Positions 8,955-18,603 of a DNA stretch of 64,000 nucleotides are shown piece by piece. A program made the position numbers and the translations under genes. The notes beneath the pieces were generated by a model. That model made no database searches and was not told where the DNA came from. It saw only the letters and a list, made by a program, of their open reading frames with translations. Position 1 is the stretch's first letter, and every line of letters begins with the position of its first letter. Source of the DNA: an uncultured Collinsella sp. (GTDB taxonomy: Bacteria; Actinomycetota; Coriobacteriia; Coriobacteriales; Coriobacteriaceae); NCBI GenBank assembly GCA_937925715.1, contig CALAMG010000039.1, positions 8,992 to 72,991 on the forward strand, read 5' to 3'.

Positions 8955-9284
8955 CTACTCGTCAACGATCTCGGCAAGCCAGACGTTCAGCGTATCGACC
9001 TCGGGGCAGCAGAACTTTGCCGTACCAGGCTCGTTGCCAGGCACGGTTCCGCCATAGCGCAGGATATCGATATAGGGAAAGCCCACATGGCAGGCCATGG
9101 CACACATCTTGCCGCGGTCGCGGTCAAAGTCGAAGACGTCGCCCGGTTTGTGACCATGGTGGCAGCGGCACGCACCCAGCTGGTCCACGCAGCTCACGCG
9201 GATACGCGGACGCTTGCCACGCGGCGCGCCGAGCGGCTTGCCCCCGCCCGCAGGCTTGGCGCCGCCCTCGCCAGCATTACTCAT
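8955..9284 (-). CDS. Small Cys-rich protein, TIGR04076-like
   Basis: CHHGHKPGDVF, MCAMACH and FCCPE pattern; start overlaps the pdxK stop (ATGAGTAA). Confidence 0.65.
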   Translation of the reverse strand: MSNAGEGGAKPAGGGKPLGAPRGKRPRIRVSCVDQLGACRCHHGHKPGDVFDFDRDRGKMCAMACHVGFPYIDILRYGGTVPGNEPGTAKFCCPEVDTLNVWLAEIVDE

Positions 9285-10101
9285 GGTCAATCACGTCCAG
9301 GCAGGCCTCGATGGGAAGGCCAGCCGACTTATCCTCTTGGTCGGCATTGCGCTCGATAAGCTCAGCCACCACGCGCATGGCATCGGACGTCGCGCGCTGC
9401 AGACTCCAACCTGCCATAACGCGGCCGACGAGCACCGCCGAGAACGTGTCGCCCGTGCCCGGGAAATAGACCGGGATCAGGTCGAAGGGAATCGTGAAGT
9501 ACTCCCCCGCCACATGGTCGTAACCGATGACGACATTCGCACCGTCGACCACAGCGCTCGTAATGACCACCGACTTGGCGCCCAGGGCACGCACGGCATC
9601 CACAAGAGTGCGGCCCTCATCGGGCGTGATTTGCTCGGCAATGGGCGTATCGGTGAGCAGGCACGCCTCGGTGTAGTTTGGCACCGCATAGTCGGCGCAC
9701 TCGAGCAGGCTGCGCATGAGACCGATCGTGGACTCGGGCACGCCGGCGTAGAGCTTGCCGTTGTCGCCCATGATGGGGTCGACGAACACCTTGGTACCCT
9801 TTTGCGCGCGACGGTGGCAGAAGTCCGAAATGATGCGCGTCTCTTCCTCGGTCACGATAAAGCCGGTAGAGATGGCGTCGAACTCAAAGCCGAGCTCCTC
9901 CCAGATGGCGAGGCTCTGGCGCACGTACTCGGTGGTGTCGTGGATGTAGAACTTGGGATAGTTGAGCGTATCGGACACAAGTGCCGTCGGCAGGTTGTGG
10001 ATGCGGTAGCCCATGTGCGACAGCACCGGCAGCATGGCGGAAAGCGCGACCTTGCCGTAGCCGCACATATCGTTGATCAGCAGCAGCTGAGTGTTCTTCA
10101 T
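9277..10101 (-). CDS. pdxK: Pyridoxal/pyridoxamine kinase
   Basis: NDMCGYGKVAL, VDPIMGDNGKLY, PNYTEA, PGTGDTFS. Confidence 0.88.
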   Translation of the reverse strand: MKNTQLLLINDMCGYGKVALSAMLPVLSHMGYRIHNLPTALVSDTLNYPKFYIHDTTEYVRQSLAIWEELGFEFDAISTGFIVTEEETRIISDFCHRRAQKGTKVFVDPIMGDNGKLYAGVPESTIGLMRSLLECADYAVPNYTEACLLTDTPIAEQITPDEGRTLVDAVRALGAKSVVITSAVVDGANVVIGYDHVAGEYFTIPFDLIPVYFPGTGDTFSAVLVGRVMAGWSLQRATSDAMRVVAELIERNADQEDKSAGLPIEACLDVIDHE

Positions 10102-10230
10102 GAGGGTCTCCCTTGGTTCGGGCACGGCGCAGCAGCGCCACAGTGCGACTAAGTGTAGCGCAGGGGACGTTGTGAGCGGGCGCTACGGTCGCGAAGAGCG
10201 CATTGTTGCGAAAAGGTTACGAAAACGAGG

Positions 10231-10349
10231 TAGTCGTTGGGGACGTTCTTAAATGACTAGTCAAACAAGAACGTCCCCAACGACTATCCCGGCAATTAGC
10301 CCAAGGAGTGTCCCCAAGTGCCGGCACATAAGGAACGTCCCTAAGTGCC
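10231..10349. repeat. REP-like cluster, family B (GGGACGTT core)
   Basis: 20-bp inverted repeat TAGTCGTTGGGGACGTTCTT / AAGAACGTCCCCAACGACTA around a TGACTAGTCA palindrome, plus two related copies at 10303 and 10330. Confidence 0.75.
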
Positions 10350-10549
10350 AAAACGACTGGTCGGGCAACGCCGATGTTTTGGCGAAGTCAGCGAAAACCC
10401 GCCAGAGTGAGCAAGGTGCCTTGAAACGAGGCGGCATTGACCTTCTGGTCATGCCGCCGAAGTTGAAAGGCAGATTGCCGCTCTGGCGGGTTTGCAGCGT
10501 CGAGCCGTTACGCGGTTTGGTAAAACCGCGTAACCACTAGTTTGGTACC

Positions 10550-10612
10550 TTGACATTCATTTCTCATGCTCCTAGATTGGTTAGGCACAAAACAATTCCA
10601 CTACCTAACTAA
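10550..10612 (+). promoter_or_regulatory. Sigma70-type promoter with probable MarR operator
   Basis: TTGACA (10550), 17 bp, TAGATT (10573); imperfect inverted repeat TTGGTTAGG...CCTAACTAA just downstream. Confidence 0.6.
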
Positions 10613-10633
10613 AGAAAGGAGCAACACTAATTC

Positions 10634-11140
10634 ATGTGCGATGAACCTCTTAACCTTTGTTCGCACGAGCCCGGCGGCGACCCGTCACAGCCGGCGGATG
10701 CACCCGAAGCGGTTAGCTCAGAAGACAAGCTTGCCAAGCGCATCCTCAATGGCCTGGGCTTTTGCGGCCATTACATGCATTTTCATGGCGGAGGCGTGTC
10801 CGGCAAGGCGCCCATCATCTGCCTGCTGGCCAAGCAACCCGGCGGCGAGATGTCGCAGCAGGAACTCGGCATGCACTTTGACCTCAAGCCGGGGTCGCTT
10901 TCCGAGATCCTGTCCAAACTCGAGCTCAACGGCCTCATCGAGCGCAGCCGTAACCCCAAGGATCGACGGCAGCTCACCATTCGCCTGACCGAAACCGGCC
11001 GGGAAAACGCCCGCATCGACCAGGCAGCCCGCATTCGCTTTAGAGAGCAGGCCTTTGGTGCCCTCACCCACGACGAGCGCGAGCAGCTCGCCGAAATGCT
11101 CGAGAAAATCCGTGTAACCTGGGAGGAACTGGATGATTAA
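10634..11140 (+). CDS. MarR-family regulator
   Basis: Winged HTH: SQQELG, SLSEILSKLE, DRRQLTIRLTETG. Confidence 0.9.
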   Translation: MCDEPLNLCSHEPGGDPSQPADAPEAVSSEDKLAKRILNGLGFCGHYMHFHGGGVSGKAPIICLLAKQPGGEMSQQELGMHFDLKPGSLSEILSKLELNGLIERSRNPKDRRQLTIRLTETGRENARIDQAARIRFREQAFGALTHDEREQLAEMLEKIRVTWEELDD

Positions 11141-12947
11141 AACCCTCATGGGCAGCATCCGCGACTATATAAAAGTCACCGTTGCCACGCCGTTGCTCGT
11201 GCTTGGCGAGGTGCTCTGCGAGATGCTGATTCCATTTATCACCGCCAACCTGATCGACGCCATCAAAGATGGCACCACCGTAGCCGAGATGCTTCCCACC
11301 GCGGGCTTTTTGGTGCTCATCGCGCTGACGTCGCTTGCTTTTGGCGCCGCTGCCGGCGTCACCTGCAGCCATGCGAGTTGCGGCTTCGCTAAGAACCTGC
11401 GTCACGACCTGTTCTACAAGATCCAGACGTTCAGCTTTGCCAACATCGATGAGTTCTCGAGCTCCTCGCTCGTCACGCGCCTGACCACCGATATCAACAA
11501 CGTGCAGCAGGCCTTTATGATGATCATCCGTATCGCCGTGCGCGCGCCGTTGGTATTGATCTTCGCCTTTACCATGGCATTTATCATGGGCGGCAGCGTC
11601 GCCATGGTCTACCTGGTCATCATTCCGCTGCTGGGCTTTGGGCTGTTCTTTATCATCTTTAAGGTGCGTCCCATCTTCTCGCGCGTGTTCCACAAGTACG
11701 ACGCCCTTAACGAGTCCGTCGAGGAAAACGTCACCGGCATGCGCGTGGTCAAGAGCTACGTGCGCGAAGACTTTGAGAAGGAGAAGTTCGCGACCGCCGC
11801 ACGCGACGTCCAGATGGACTTCACCCGCGCCGAGAAGCTGCTTGCCTTTAACAACCCCATGATGAACATCTGCGTCAACGGCGCGTTTGTCGTCATCATC
11901 TACCTGGGCTCCAAGCTCATCATCACGAGCCAGGGCACGCTGTTCGACGTGGGCCAGCTCTCCTCGATCTTTACCTATGGCTTCCAAATCCTCATGAGCC
12001 TGATGCAGCTATCGATGATCTTTGTCATGGTGACCATGGCCGACGAATCGGCGCACCGCATCACCGAGGTGCTGGCCGCCGAGCCCACGATCGCCGATCC
12101 CGCCGAGCCCGTGCTCGAGGTCGCCGATGGCTCCATCGACTTTGACCACGTGAGCTTTAAGTATTCCGCGCATGCGAAGCGCCAGGCGCTCGACGATATC
12201 GACCTGCACATTAAGAGCGGCGAGACCATCGGCATCATCGGCGGCACCGGCTCGGCCAAGTCCACGCTCGTAAACCTCATCGCCCGCCTGTACGACGCCA
12301 CCGAGGGTACCGTGCGCGTGGGCGGCGTGGATGTACGCGACTACGACTTGGACGCCCTGCGCCACCAGGTGGCCATGGTGCTGCAGAAAAACGTGCTGTT
12401 TAGCGGCACGATTGCCGAGAACCTGCGTTGGGGCGACCCGAACGCCACCGACGAAGAGGTCCGCGAGGCCGCGCATCTGGCCTGCGCCGACGAGTTTGTC
12501 GACGGCTTCCCCAAGGGCTATGACACCTGGATCGAACAGGGCGGCTCCAATGTTTCCGGCGGTCAGAAGCAGCGCCTGTGCATTGCGCGTGCCCTGCTGC
12601 GTCGCCCCAAGATCTTGATCCTGGACGACTCCACGAGCGCCGTCGACACCAAGACCGACGCCAAGATTCGCGCAGGGCTGGCAAGCTATCTGCCCAACAC
12701 GACCAAGCTCATCATCGCCCAGCGCATTAGCTCCGTGCAGGACGCAGACCGCATCATCGTCATGGAGGGCGGCCGCATCGCGCAGATCGGTAACCACGAC
12801 GAGCTGCTCAAGACGAGCGAGATCTACCGCGAGACCTTTACCTCGCAGAACAAGATGTCTGCCGAGGGCGAAGAGGCCGTCGAGGCCGACACCGAGGCAT
12901 CCGTAACGCAAGCTCAGACCCAGGAAGGAGGCGAGGCACATGAGTAA
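11133..12947 (+). CDS. ABC exporter, permease + ATPase (degenerate-site subunit)
   Basis: GGTGSAKS, VSGGQKQR, ILDDS, AQR. Confidence 0.93.
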   Translation: MIKTLMGSIRDYIKVTVATPLLVLGEVLCEMLIPFITANLIDAIKDGTTVAEMLPTAGFLVLIALTSLAFGAAAGVTCSHASCGFAKNLRHDLFYKIQTFSFANIDEFSSSSLVTRLTTDINNVQQAFMMIIRIAVRAPLVLIFAFTMAFIMGGSVAMVYLVIIPLLGFGLFFIIFKVRPIFSRVFHKYDALNESVEENVTGMRVVKSYVREDFEKEKFATAARDVQMDFTRAEKLLAFNNPMMNICVNGAFVVIIYLGSKLIITSQGTLFDVGQLSSIFTYGFQILMSLMQLSMIFVMVTMADESAHRITEVLAAEPTIADPAEPVLEVADGSIDFDHVSFKYSAHAKRQALDDIDLHIKSGETIGIIGGTGSAKSTLVNLIARLYDATEGTVRVGGVDVRDYDLDALRHQVAMVLQKNVLFSGTIAENLRWGDPNATDEEVREAAHLACADEFVDGFPKGYDTWIEQGGSNVSGGQKQRLCIARALLRRPKILILDDSTSAVDTKTDAKIRAGLASYLPNTTKLIIAQRISSVQDADRIIVMEGGRIAQIGNHDELLKTSEIYRETFTSQNKMSAEGEEAVEADTEASVTQAQTQEGGEAHE

Positions 12948-14859
12948 GGCAACGACCGCCGAGCGCGCGCTCAACCGCAAGGGCGGCACCATGTCGCGCC
13001 TCATCAAGACGCTCTTTGGCTTTTACCCCGTGCTTTTGCCCCTCGTCGTCGCCGGCGTGGTGCTCTGCGCCATCATCAACTCCATCGGCGCGACCTTCCT
13101 TCAGAGCGCCCTGCAGATTATTAGCGAATCGTGGCAGTCGGGCGATTGGGGAGCCGCGCAGCCCAAGATCGCACAGCTCGTGACCACCCTCGCCTGCATC
13201 TACGGCATCGGCATCCTGTCCTCGCTCTTCTGGAACCGCGCCATGGCCATCGTCACGCAGGGCTCGCTGGAGAAGCTGCGCGAGAAGATGTTCAACCGCA
13301 TGCAGGACCTGCCGATCCGCTACTTCGACACGCACCAGCGCGGCGACATCATGAGCCACTACACCAATGACATCGACACGCTGCGCCAGATGATCAGCCA
13401 GTCGCTGCCCAACCTGCTCATGACGGTCATCGTCATCGTCACGGTGTTCTTTATCATGCTGTACTACAGCGTGTGGATGTGCTTGGTCATTATTGCCGGC
13501 GTCGCCTTTATGACCTTTATGACCAAGCTGCTCGGCTCCAACTCCGCGCGCTTCTTTATTGCGCAGCAGACCGAGCTCGGCGTTGTCGAGGGCCATATCG
13601 AGGAAGTCATGAACGGCCAGAAGGTCGTCAAGGCATTCTGCCACGAGTCTGCCGCCGAAGCCGATTTTGACGAGCGCAACGAAAAGCTCTTCGAGGTCTC
13701 GCAGAAGGCCAACATGTACGCCAACATCCTCATGCCCATCCTTATGAACCTGGGCAACCTGCTCTACGTGCTGGTCGCACTGGCCGGCGGCATTTTCCTA
13801 GCGCTGGGCGTGCCCAACCTGAGCATCTCGGGCATGGCGCTGTCCATCGCCGTCGTGGTGCCGTTCCTCAACATGACCAAGCAGTTCTGTGGACAGATCG
13901 GCCAGATCTCGCAGCAGATCAACGCCGTGGTCATGGGCCTCGCCGGCGCCGACCGTATCTTTGAGCTCATCGACGAGGAGCCCGAAGCCGACGAAGGCTA
14001 TGTGACGCTTGTCAACGCTCAGGTGAACCCCGATACCTGGCAGCTCGAGGAGGCCGACCACCACACTGGCATGTGGGCATGGAAACATCCGCACCGCGCA
14101 ACCGGCGAGATCGAGTACGTGCCGCTGCGTGGCGACCTGGTCATGGACAACGTCGACTTTGGCTACACGCCCGACCACGAGGTGCTGCACGGCGTGTCCG
14201 TGTTTGCCAAGCCGGGCCAGAAGGTCGCGTTTGTCGGCGCCACCGGTGCCGGTAAGACGACCATCACCAACCTCATCAACCGCTTCTATGACATCGCCGA
14301 CGGCAAGATTCGCTACGACGGCATCAACGTCAACAAGATCCGCAAGGCAGACCTGCGCCGCTCGCTGGGCGTGGTGCTGCAGGACGTAAACCTGTTCACC
14401 GGCACCGTGATGGATAACATCCGCTACGGCAATCTGGATGCCACCGACGAGGAGTGCATCGCGGCAGCAAAGCTCGCCGGCGCGGACGACTTTATCACCC
14501 GCCTGCCCGACGGCTACGACACGATGCTCACCGGCAACGGCGCCCAGCTGTCGCAGGGCCAGCGCCAGCTGATCTCGATCGCACGCGCCGCCGTCGCCGA
14601 TCCGCCGGCGATGATCCTGGACGAGGCCACGTCGAGCATCGATACCCGCACCGAGGCCATCGTGCAAGCCGGCATGGACAAGCTCATGGAAGGCCGCACG
14701 ACGTTTGTCATCGCGCACCGCCTGTCCACCGTGCGCAACTCCGACGCGATCATCTGTCTGGATCACGGCCGCATCATCGAGCGCGGCAACCACGACGAGC
14801 TGATTGCCAAGCGCGGGTATTACTACCAGCTCTATACCGGAGCGTTTGAGCTGGAGTAG
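12940..14859 (+). CDS. ABC exporter, permease + ATPase (consensus subunit)
   Basis: GATGAGKT, LSQGQRQ, ILDEATS, AHR. Confidence 0.93.
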   Translation: MSKATTAERALNRKGGTMSRLIKTLFGFYPVLLPLVVAGVVLCAIINSIGATFLQSALQIISESWQSGDWGAAQPKIAQLVTTLACIYGIGILSSLFWNRAMAIVTQGSLEKLREKMFNRMQDLPIRYFDTHQRGDIMSHYTNDIDTLRQMISQSLPNLLMTVIVIVTVFFIMLYYSVWMCLVIIAGVAFMTFMTKLLGSNSARFFIAQQTELGVVEGHIEEVMNGQKVVKAFCHESAAEADFDERNEKLFEVSQKANMYANILMPILMNLGNLLYVLVALAGGIFLALGVPNLSISGMALSIAVVVPFLNMTKQFCGQIGQISQQINAVVMGLAGADRIFELIDEEPEADEGYVTLVNAQVNPDTWQLEEADHHTGMWAWKHPHRATGEIEYVPLRGDLVMDNVDFGYTPDHEVLHGVSVFAKPGQKVAFVGATGAGKTTITNLINRFYDIADGKIRYDGINVNKIRKADLRRSLGVVLQDVNLFTGTVMDNIRYGNLDATDEECIAAAKLAGADDFITRLPDGYDTMLTGNGAQLSQGQRQLISIARAAVADPPAMILDEATSSIDTRTEAIVQAGMDKLMEGRTTFVIAHRLSTVRNSDAIICLDHGRIIERGNHDELIAKRGYYYQLYTGAFELE

Positions 14860-14865
14860 TTCGGC

Positions 14866-14958
14866 TCGCCGAGATGGCCGATTTGCCGCTCATTCGTCGG
14901 GCATGACCCTAAGGTCAATGCCCTCCTCTTTCGGGGCAAATCGACTCATCTCAGCGAC
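14866..14958. repeat. Long imperfect hairpin element
   Basis: GAGATGGCCGATTTGCC ... GGGCATGACC-CTAA-GGTCAATGCCC ... GGCAAATCGACTCATCTC. Confidence 0.65.
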
Positions 14959-14983
14959 CCAAACACAATGCGCCGCAACGAAT

Positions 14984-15020
14984 AAAGCCTCCGCAGCCAC
15001 ACGAGCTGCGGAGGCTTTTT
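14984..15020 (+). terminator. Rho-independent terminator
   Basis: AAAGCCTCCGCAGC-loop-GCTGCGGAGGCTTTTT. Confidence 0.75.
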
Positions 15021-15030
15021 CATGCCGGCC

Positions 15031-15201
15031 GGAAACCGTATCCCACTTTTCGGGCCCAAAATGGGATGCCGTTTCCCGCTGGACCCCCTCCGGGAAACGG
15101 CATCCCATTTCAAGGGGGTAAACCGGGATGTGATTTCCCCTAACGGCACCTTTGGGAAGCCGCATCCCACTCTAGACGCACAAAACGGGATGAGCTTTCC
15201 C
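15031..15201. repeat. 62-bp-period alternating-box array, 3 units
   Basis: GGAAR-N5-TCCC boxes at 15031, 15093 and 15155, each followed by an inverted GGGA-N5-TTTCC box. Confidence 0.85.
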
Positions 15202-15391
15202 ATGGTGATCCAAGACCAGAAGCATGTCCGATAGCGCGGCCAGGTCAAGAACAACAAGGCAAGCGTCACGCCAATTTGGACGAGCGTCTGCTGCAGTTTG
15301 AGGCTGCTGGCCCATATGGTAGAGTTAACCACCCATGAATTTCAGCACACTGCGTGCTACCTGTTCTTTTGTCATTTAGGGGAGTGAACTT

Positions 15392-16482
15392 GTGAATACT
15401 TCTGTCGCCAAGAAGGCCGGCCAGGCGGTGCGCCTGCTCATGATGGTGCTCACGGCAGTTCTCATCTTCTTCTTCATCAATGTTATGCTGCTCGTCTCCG
15501 ATATCCAGGGCACGGCGCGTGTGGTCAACTACGCCGGTCTGGTGCGCGGTACCACGCAGCGAATCGTTAAGCTCGAGGATGCGGGCCAGCCTCAAGATGA
15601 CCTGCTCAAAGCCGTGGATTCATACATCAACGGTTTGCGTTACGGAAGTGACGACCTCAACCTCGTCCGTCTCGACGACGATGAGTATCAGGCAAAAATG
15701 ACGAGCTTGCAAATTATTTTGATGAGCTTTGCACCGAGATCATCCGCGTGCGCGAAGTCGGCTATGAGAACACCGACATCATCTCCATGAGCGAGGAGTT
15801 CTTTGGCATTTGCGACGATGCTACGCGACTCGCAGAGGACTACTCTCAGGAGAAGGCGTCGGCGCTCAACTATCTCGAGGGCTTGGTGATCATCGACATC
15901 GTGGGCTTGGTGGCGACCTTTGCGGTCGAACTCGTTCGCGCGGTGCGCACCGCCGCGCTCAATCGCGAACTGCAGAGCAAAGTCTATCTCGACGAAGCCA
16001 CGGGGCTGCCCAACAAGAACAAGTGCGAGGAGATCTTGGGGCAGGAGCAGCCTGTCTCCGCGGAGGAGCCCGTTGCGGTGTGCGTCTTCGACCTTAACAA
16101 TCTGCATATGGTCAATAACAACTTCGGCCATGAGAAGGGCGATGAATACATTCGCTCTTTTGCCCAACAACTGGGAAGTGTGGCGTCGGAGACGTGCTTT
16201 GTGGGTCGCGACGGCGGCGATGAGTTTATCGCGGTGCTGCGGGATGCCGACCGAGCCGCTGTGGAATCTTGTCTCGCTCGGATTCGCGCGAACGTGAACG
16301 AGTATTCCGAAGTCCACCCCGATATGCCCATCAGCTACGCGGTGGGCTATGCGCTTTCCAGCGATTTTGACGAGCCGCCTACCATGCGCGAACTCTTTTC
16401 CCAGGCCGACAAGAACATGTACGTCAATAAGAACCGCGTAAAGACAGCCGAGGCAGCCGGGCCGCAACGCGAGGACCGCTAA
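15392..16482 (+). pseudogene. Membrane GGDEF diguanylate cyclase split by a 1-bp frameshift near 15700
   Basis: ORF 15392 (TM and sensor region) shifts frame into ORF 15748, which carries DEATGLPN, FDLNNL, NNNFGHEKGD and GRDGGDEF. Adding one base at AAAATG^ACGAG restores KMxELANYFDEL. Confidence 0.75.
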
Positions 16483-16495
16483 ACCCGTAGCAAAG

Positions 16496-16531
16496 GGTAG
16501 CTAATTTGGGACGGGACTCTTTTGGCTACTT
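16496..16531 (+). repeat. Repeat family C (GGTAGCTAATTTGGGACGGG)
   Basis: Same motif at 48203 (+) and at 61048-61074 (-). Confidence 0.8.
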
Positions 16532-17404
16532 GAGGAGTTGGGCCATGGCGTTGACGAATTTTTGTACTTGGAGGGTGGGCTCGAGCGGATAGTGCAAAAA
16601 GACCGGCACCTCGCGGCCGCACAGGAACGGCACGCCCACAAAGGCCGGGTGTACCCCCGACCATGCGCCGCAGGTGAGCACCGCGTCGCCCTTTTCCTCG
16701 GCTTCGTTAAAGAGCGCAAAGTCAAAACTGTCCACGTCGATCACGTCCACGCCGCCATCGGCCAAAAGATCGATGCGCAGGCTGTCCATGGCGTCGTTGC
16801 CGTGGCGCAGTACGCGCAGACGCATACCCTCCAAGTCGGCAACCGTAATGCGATTCTTGCGCGCCAGCGGGCTCGTGCGCGGCAGATCGATATAAAACGG
16901 CACGTTGACAATGCGGAGCTTTTGGCAGGCATCACCCCAGCGTGGGGTAGAAAAACTCGATTGCACCACATCGACCTCGCGGCCCAAGCTGCGCATGACG
17001 GTCTCGCGCTCGTCGTAGAGATCGCTTACCGGCACGATCTCAAATCGCAGCGACGGTTCCAGATCGTGGATGCCCGACCACATCGACAGCGTTTGGCGCC
17101 CCGGGCACATCATCGACACGCCCAGGCGCACGGCACCGCCATCGCCCGCCGCGCGTCGGGCACGGCGCAGCGCGTCCTCGGACTGCCGCATGATCGAGCG
17201 CGCGTCGTCCACCAGCAGTGCGCCGGCCGGCGTCACTTTGACGCCCGAGTGCGAGCGTTCGAACAGCGTGATGCCGAACTCGGCCTCGAAGCCCGACACC
17301 TGCTTGACGAGCGCCGGAGTCGACACGCGCAATTGTGCCGCCGCACGCGAGAAGCTTCCCAGCTCCGCAGCGGCCGATATGGCCTCAAGTCGTCGATCGT
17401 ACAC
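16526..17404 (-). CDS. LysR-family regulator
   Basis: ELGSFSRAAAQL, LFERS, TPAG; GTG 17404 with GGGAG RBS. Confidence 0.9.
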   Translation of the reverse strand: MYDRRLEAISAAAELGSFSRAAAQLRVSTPALVKQVSGFEAEFGITLFERSHSGVKVTPAGALLVDDARSIMRQSEDALRRARRAAGDGGAVRLGVSMMCPGRQTLSMWSGIHDLEPSLRFEIVPVSDLYDERETVMRSLGREVDVVQSSFSTPRWGDACQKLRIVNVPFYIDLPRTSPLARKNRITVADLEGMRLRVLRHGNDAMDSLRIDLLADGGVDVIDVDSFDFALFNEAEEKGDAVLTCGAWSGVHPAFVGVPFLCGREVPVFLHYPLEPTLQVQKFVNAMAQLLK

Positions 17405-17637
17405 GTCAATCTCCCGTTTTCGCGTCCGTGGCCACATGGTGCCACAGGAGGTTGTTTTCGCAGGTCATGCGCTCAATTGAGAATAAACTGCATCGCACAG
17501 TGTAAACCTATGGTTAACGCCATTCTAACAAATATGCAATTCACCTGCGCAAATGCAAAGCATACGATAACCAGCGAAAACCACGTGGGTCGGTTAATGG
17601 GAGCGACCCACCGGGAGGCATAAGAAGGGAAGTTCCT

Positions 17638-18519
17638 ATGAGCAATTGGCTTAAGCTCGAGGGCGATGTTTGCGCTGTGACTGGAGCGCTCGGCGGCATG
17701 GGCGTCGAGATTTGCCGCGAGTTCGCCCGCAATGGCGCTAACGTCGTCCTGCTCGACCTGGACGAGGAGAAGGTCAAGGCCGCTGCCGCCGACCTCGCTG
17801 CCGAGTTTGGCATCCACGCCGAGGGCTACAAGATGAACGCCACCGACGAGGCCGAGGTTCAGGCCGCCGTCGACGCCACCATCGCCAACTTCGGCCGCGT
17901 CGACGTTCTCGTCAACACCGCCGGCATTCTGCGCTTCGCAGCCATGGAGGACCTGCCGCTCTCCGACTGGAACGAGGTCATCAACGTCAACCTCACCGGC
18001 TACTTCATCACCTCGCAGCGCTTTGGTCGCGAGATGATCAAGGCCGGCCAGGGCCGCCTGGTTCACATCTCCACCGTCGCCAGTCACTCCCCCGAAACGT
18101 TCTCGGGCGTGTACAGCTCCACCAAGGCGGGCGTCAACATGATGTCCAAGATGCTGGCTGCCGAGTGGGGTCCCTACGGCGTGCGCTCCAACTGCGTCGA
18201 GCCCTGCTTCGTCAAGACCCCCATGTCGGCAAGCTTTTACGCCGATCCCGAGGTCGAGAAGAGCCGCAGCCGCCTCATCGCCACGCGTCGCATCGGCGAG
18301 GTCAGCGATATCGCCAACGCCGTCATGTTCCTGGCGTCCACGCGCTCAGACTTTACCACCGGCGACGCCATCAAGGTCGACGGCGGCTTCTCCAACATGA
18401 TGGGCGACCTCACCGCCAAGCCCGGCGGCCGCCGCGCCTTTGCCGACAACTACCTCAAGAACAAGGGCGTCGAGCTCTGGTCCGATGAGTCCGGCGTCGC
18501 AAAGCCGACTGACCAGTAA
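17638..18519 (+). CDS. Short-chain dehydrogenase/reductase
   Basis: TGALGGMG, NTAG, YSSTK, VDGG. Confidence 0.92.
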   Translation: MSNWLKLEGDVCAVTGALGGMGVEICREFARNGANVVLLDLDEEKVKAAAADLAAEFGIHAEGYKMNATDEAEVQAAVDATIANFGRVDVLVNTAGILRFAAMEDLPLSDWNEVINVNLTGYFITSQRFGREMIKAGQGRLVHISTVASHSPETFSGVYSSTKAGVNMMSKMLAAEWGPYGVRSNCVEPCFVKTPMSASFYADPEVEKSRSRLIATRRIGEVSDIANAVMFLASTRSDFTTGDAIKVDGGFSNMMGDLTAKPGGRRAFADNYLKNKGVELWSDESGVAKPTDQ

Positions 18520-18603
18520 ACCAGCCCGGTAGAAAGGGGCGCGGGGCAAGCACCTCAGCGGCGTTTGCCCCTCCCCTCCCCCGTATCGATTAGAAAGAGT
18601 CCA

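Noticed and set aside
11133..14859. Non-canonical Walker B and switch residues in one subunit of each ABC pair
   Set aside because: This is the normal degenerate site of heterodimeric ABC exporters
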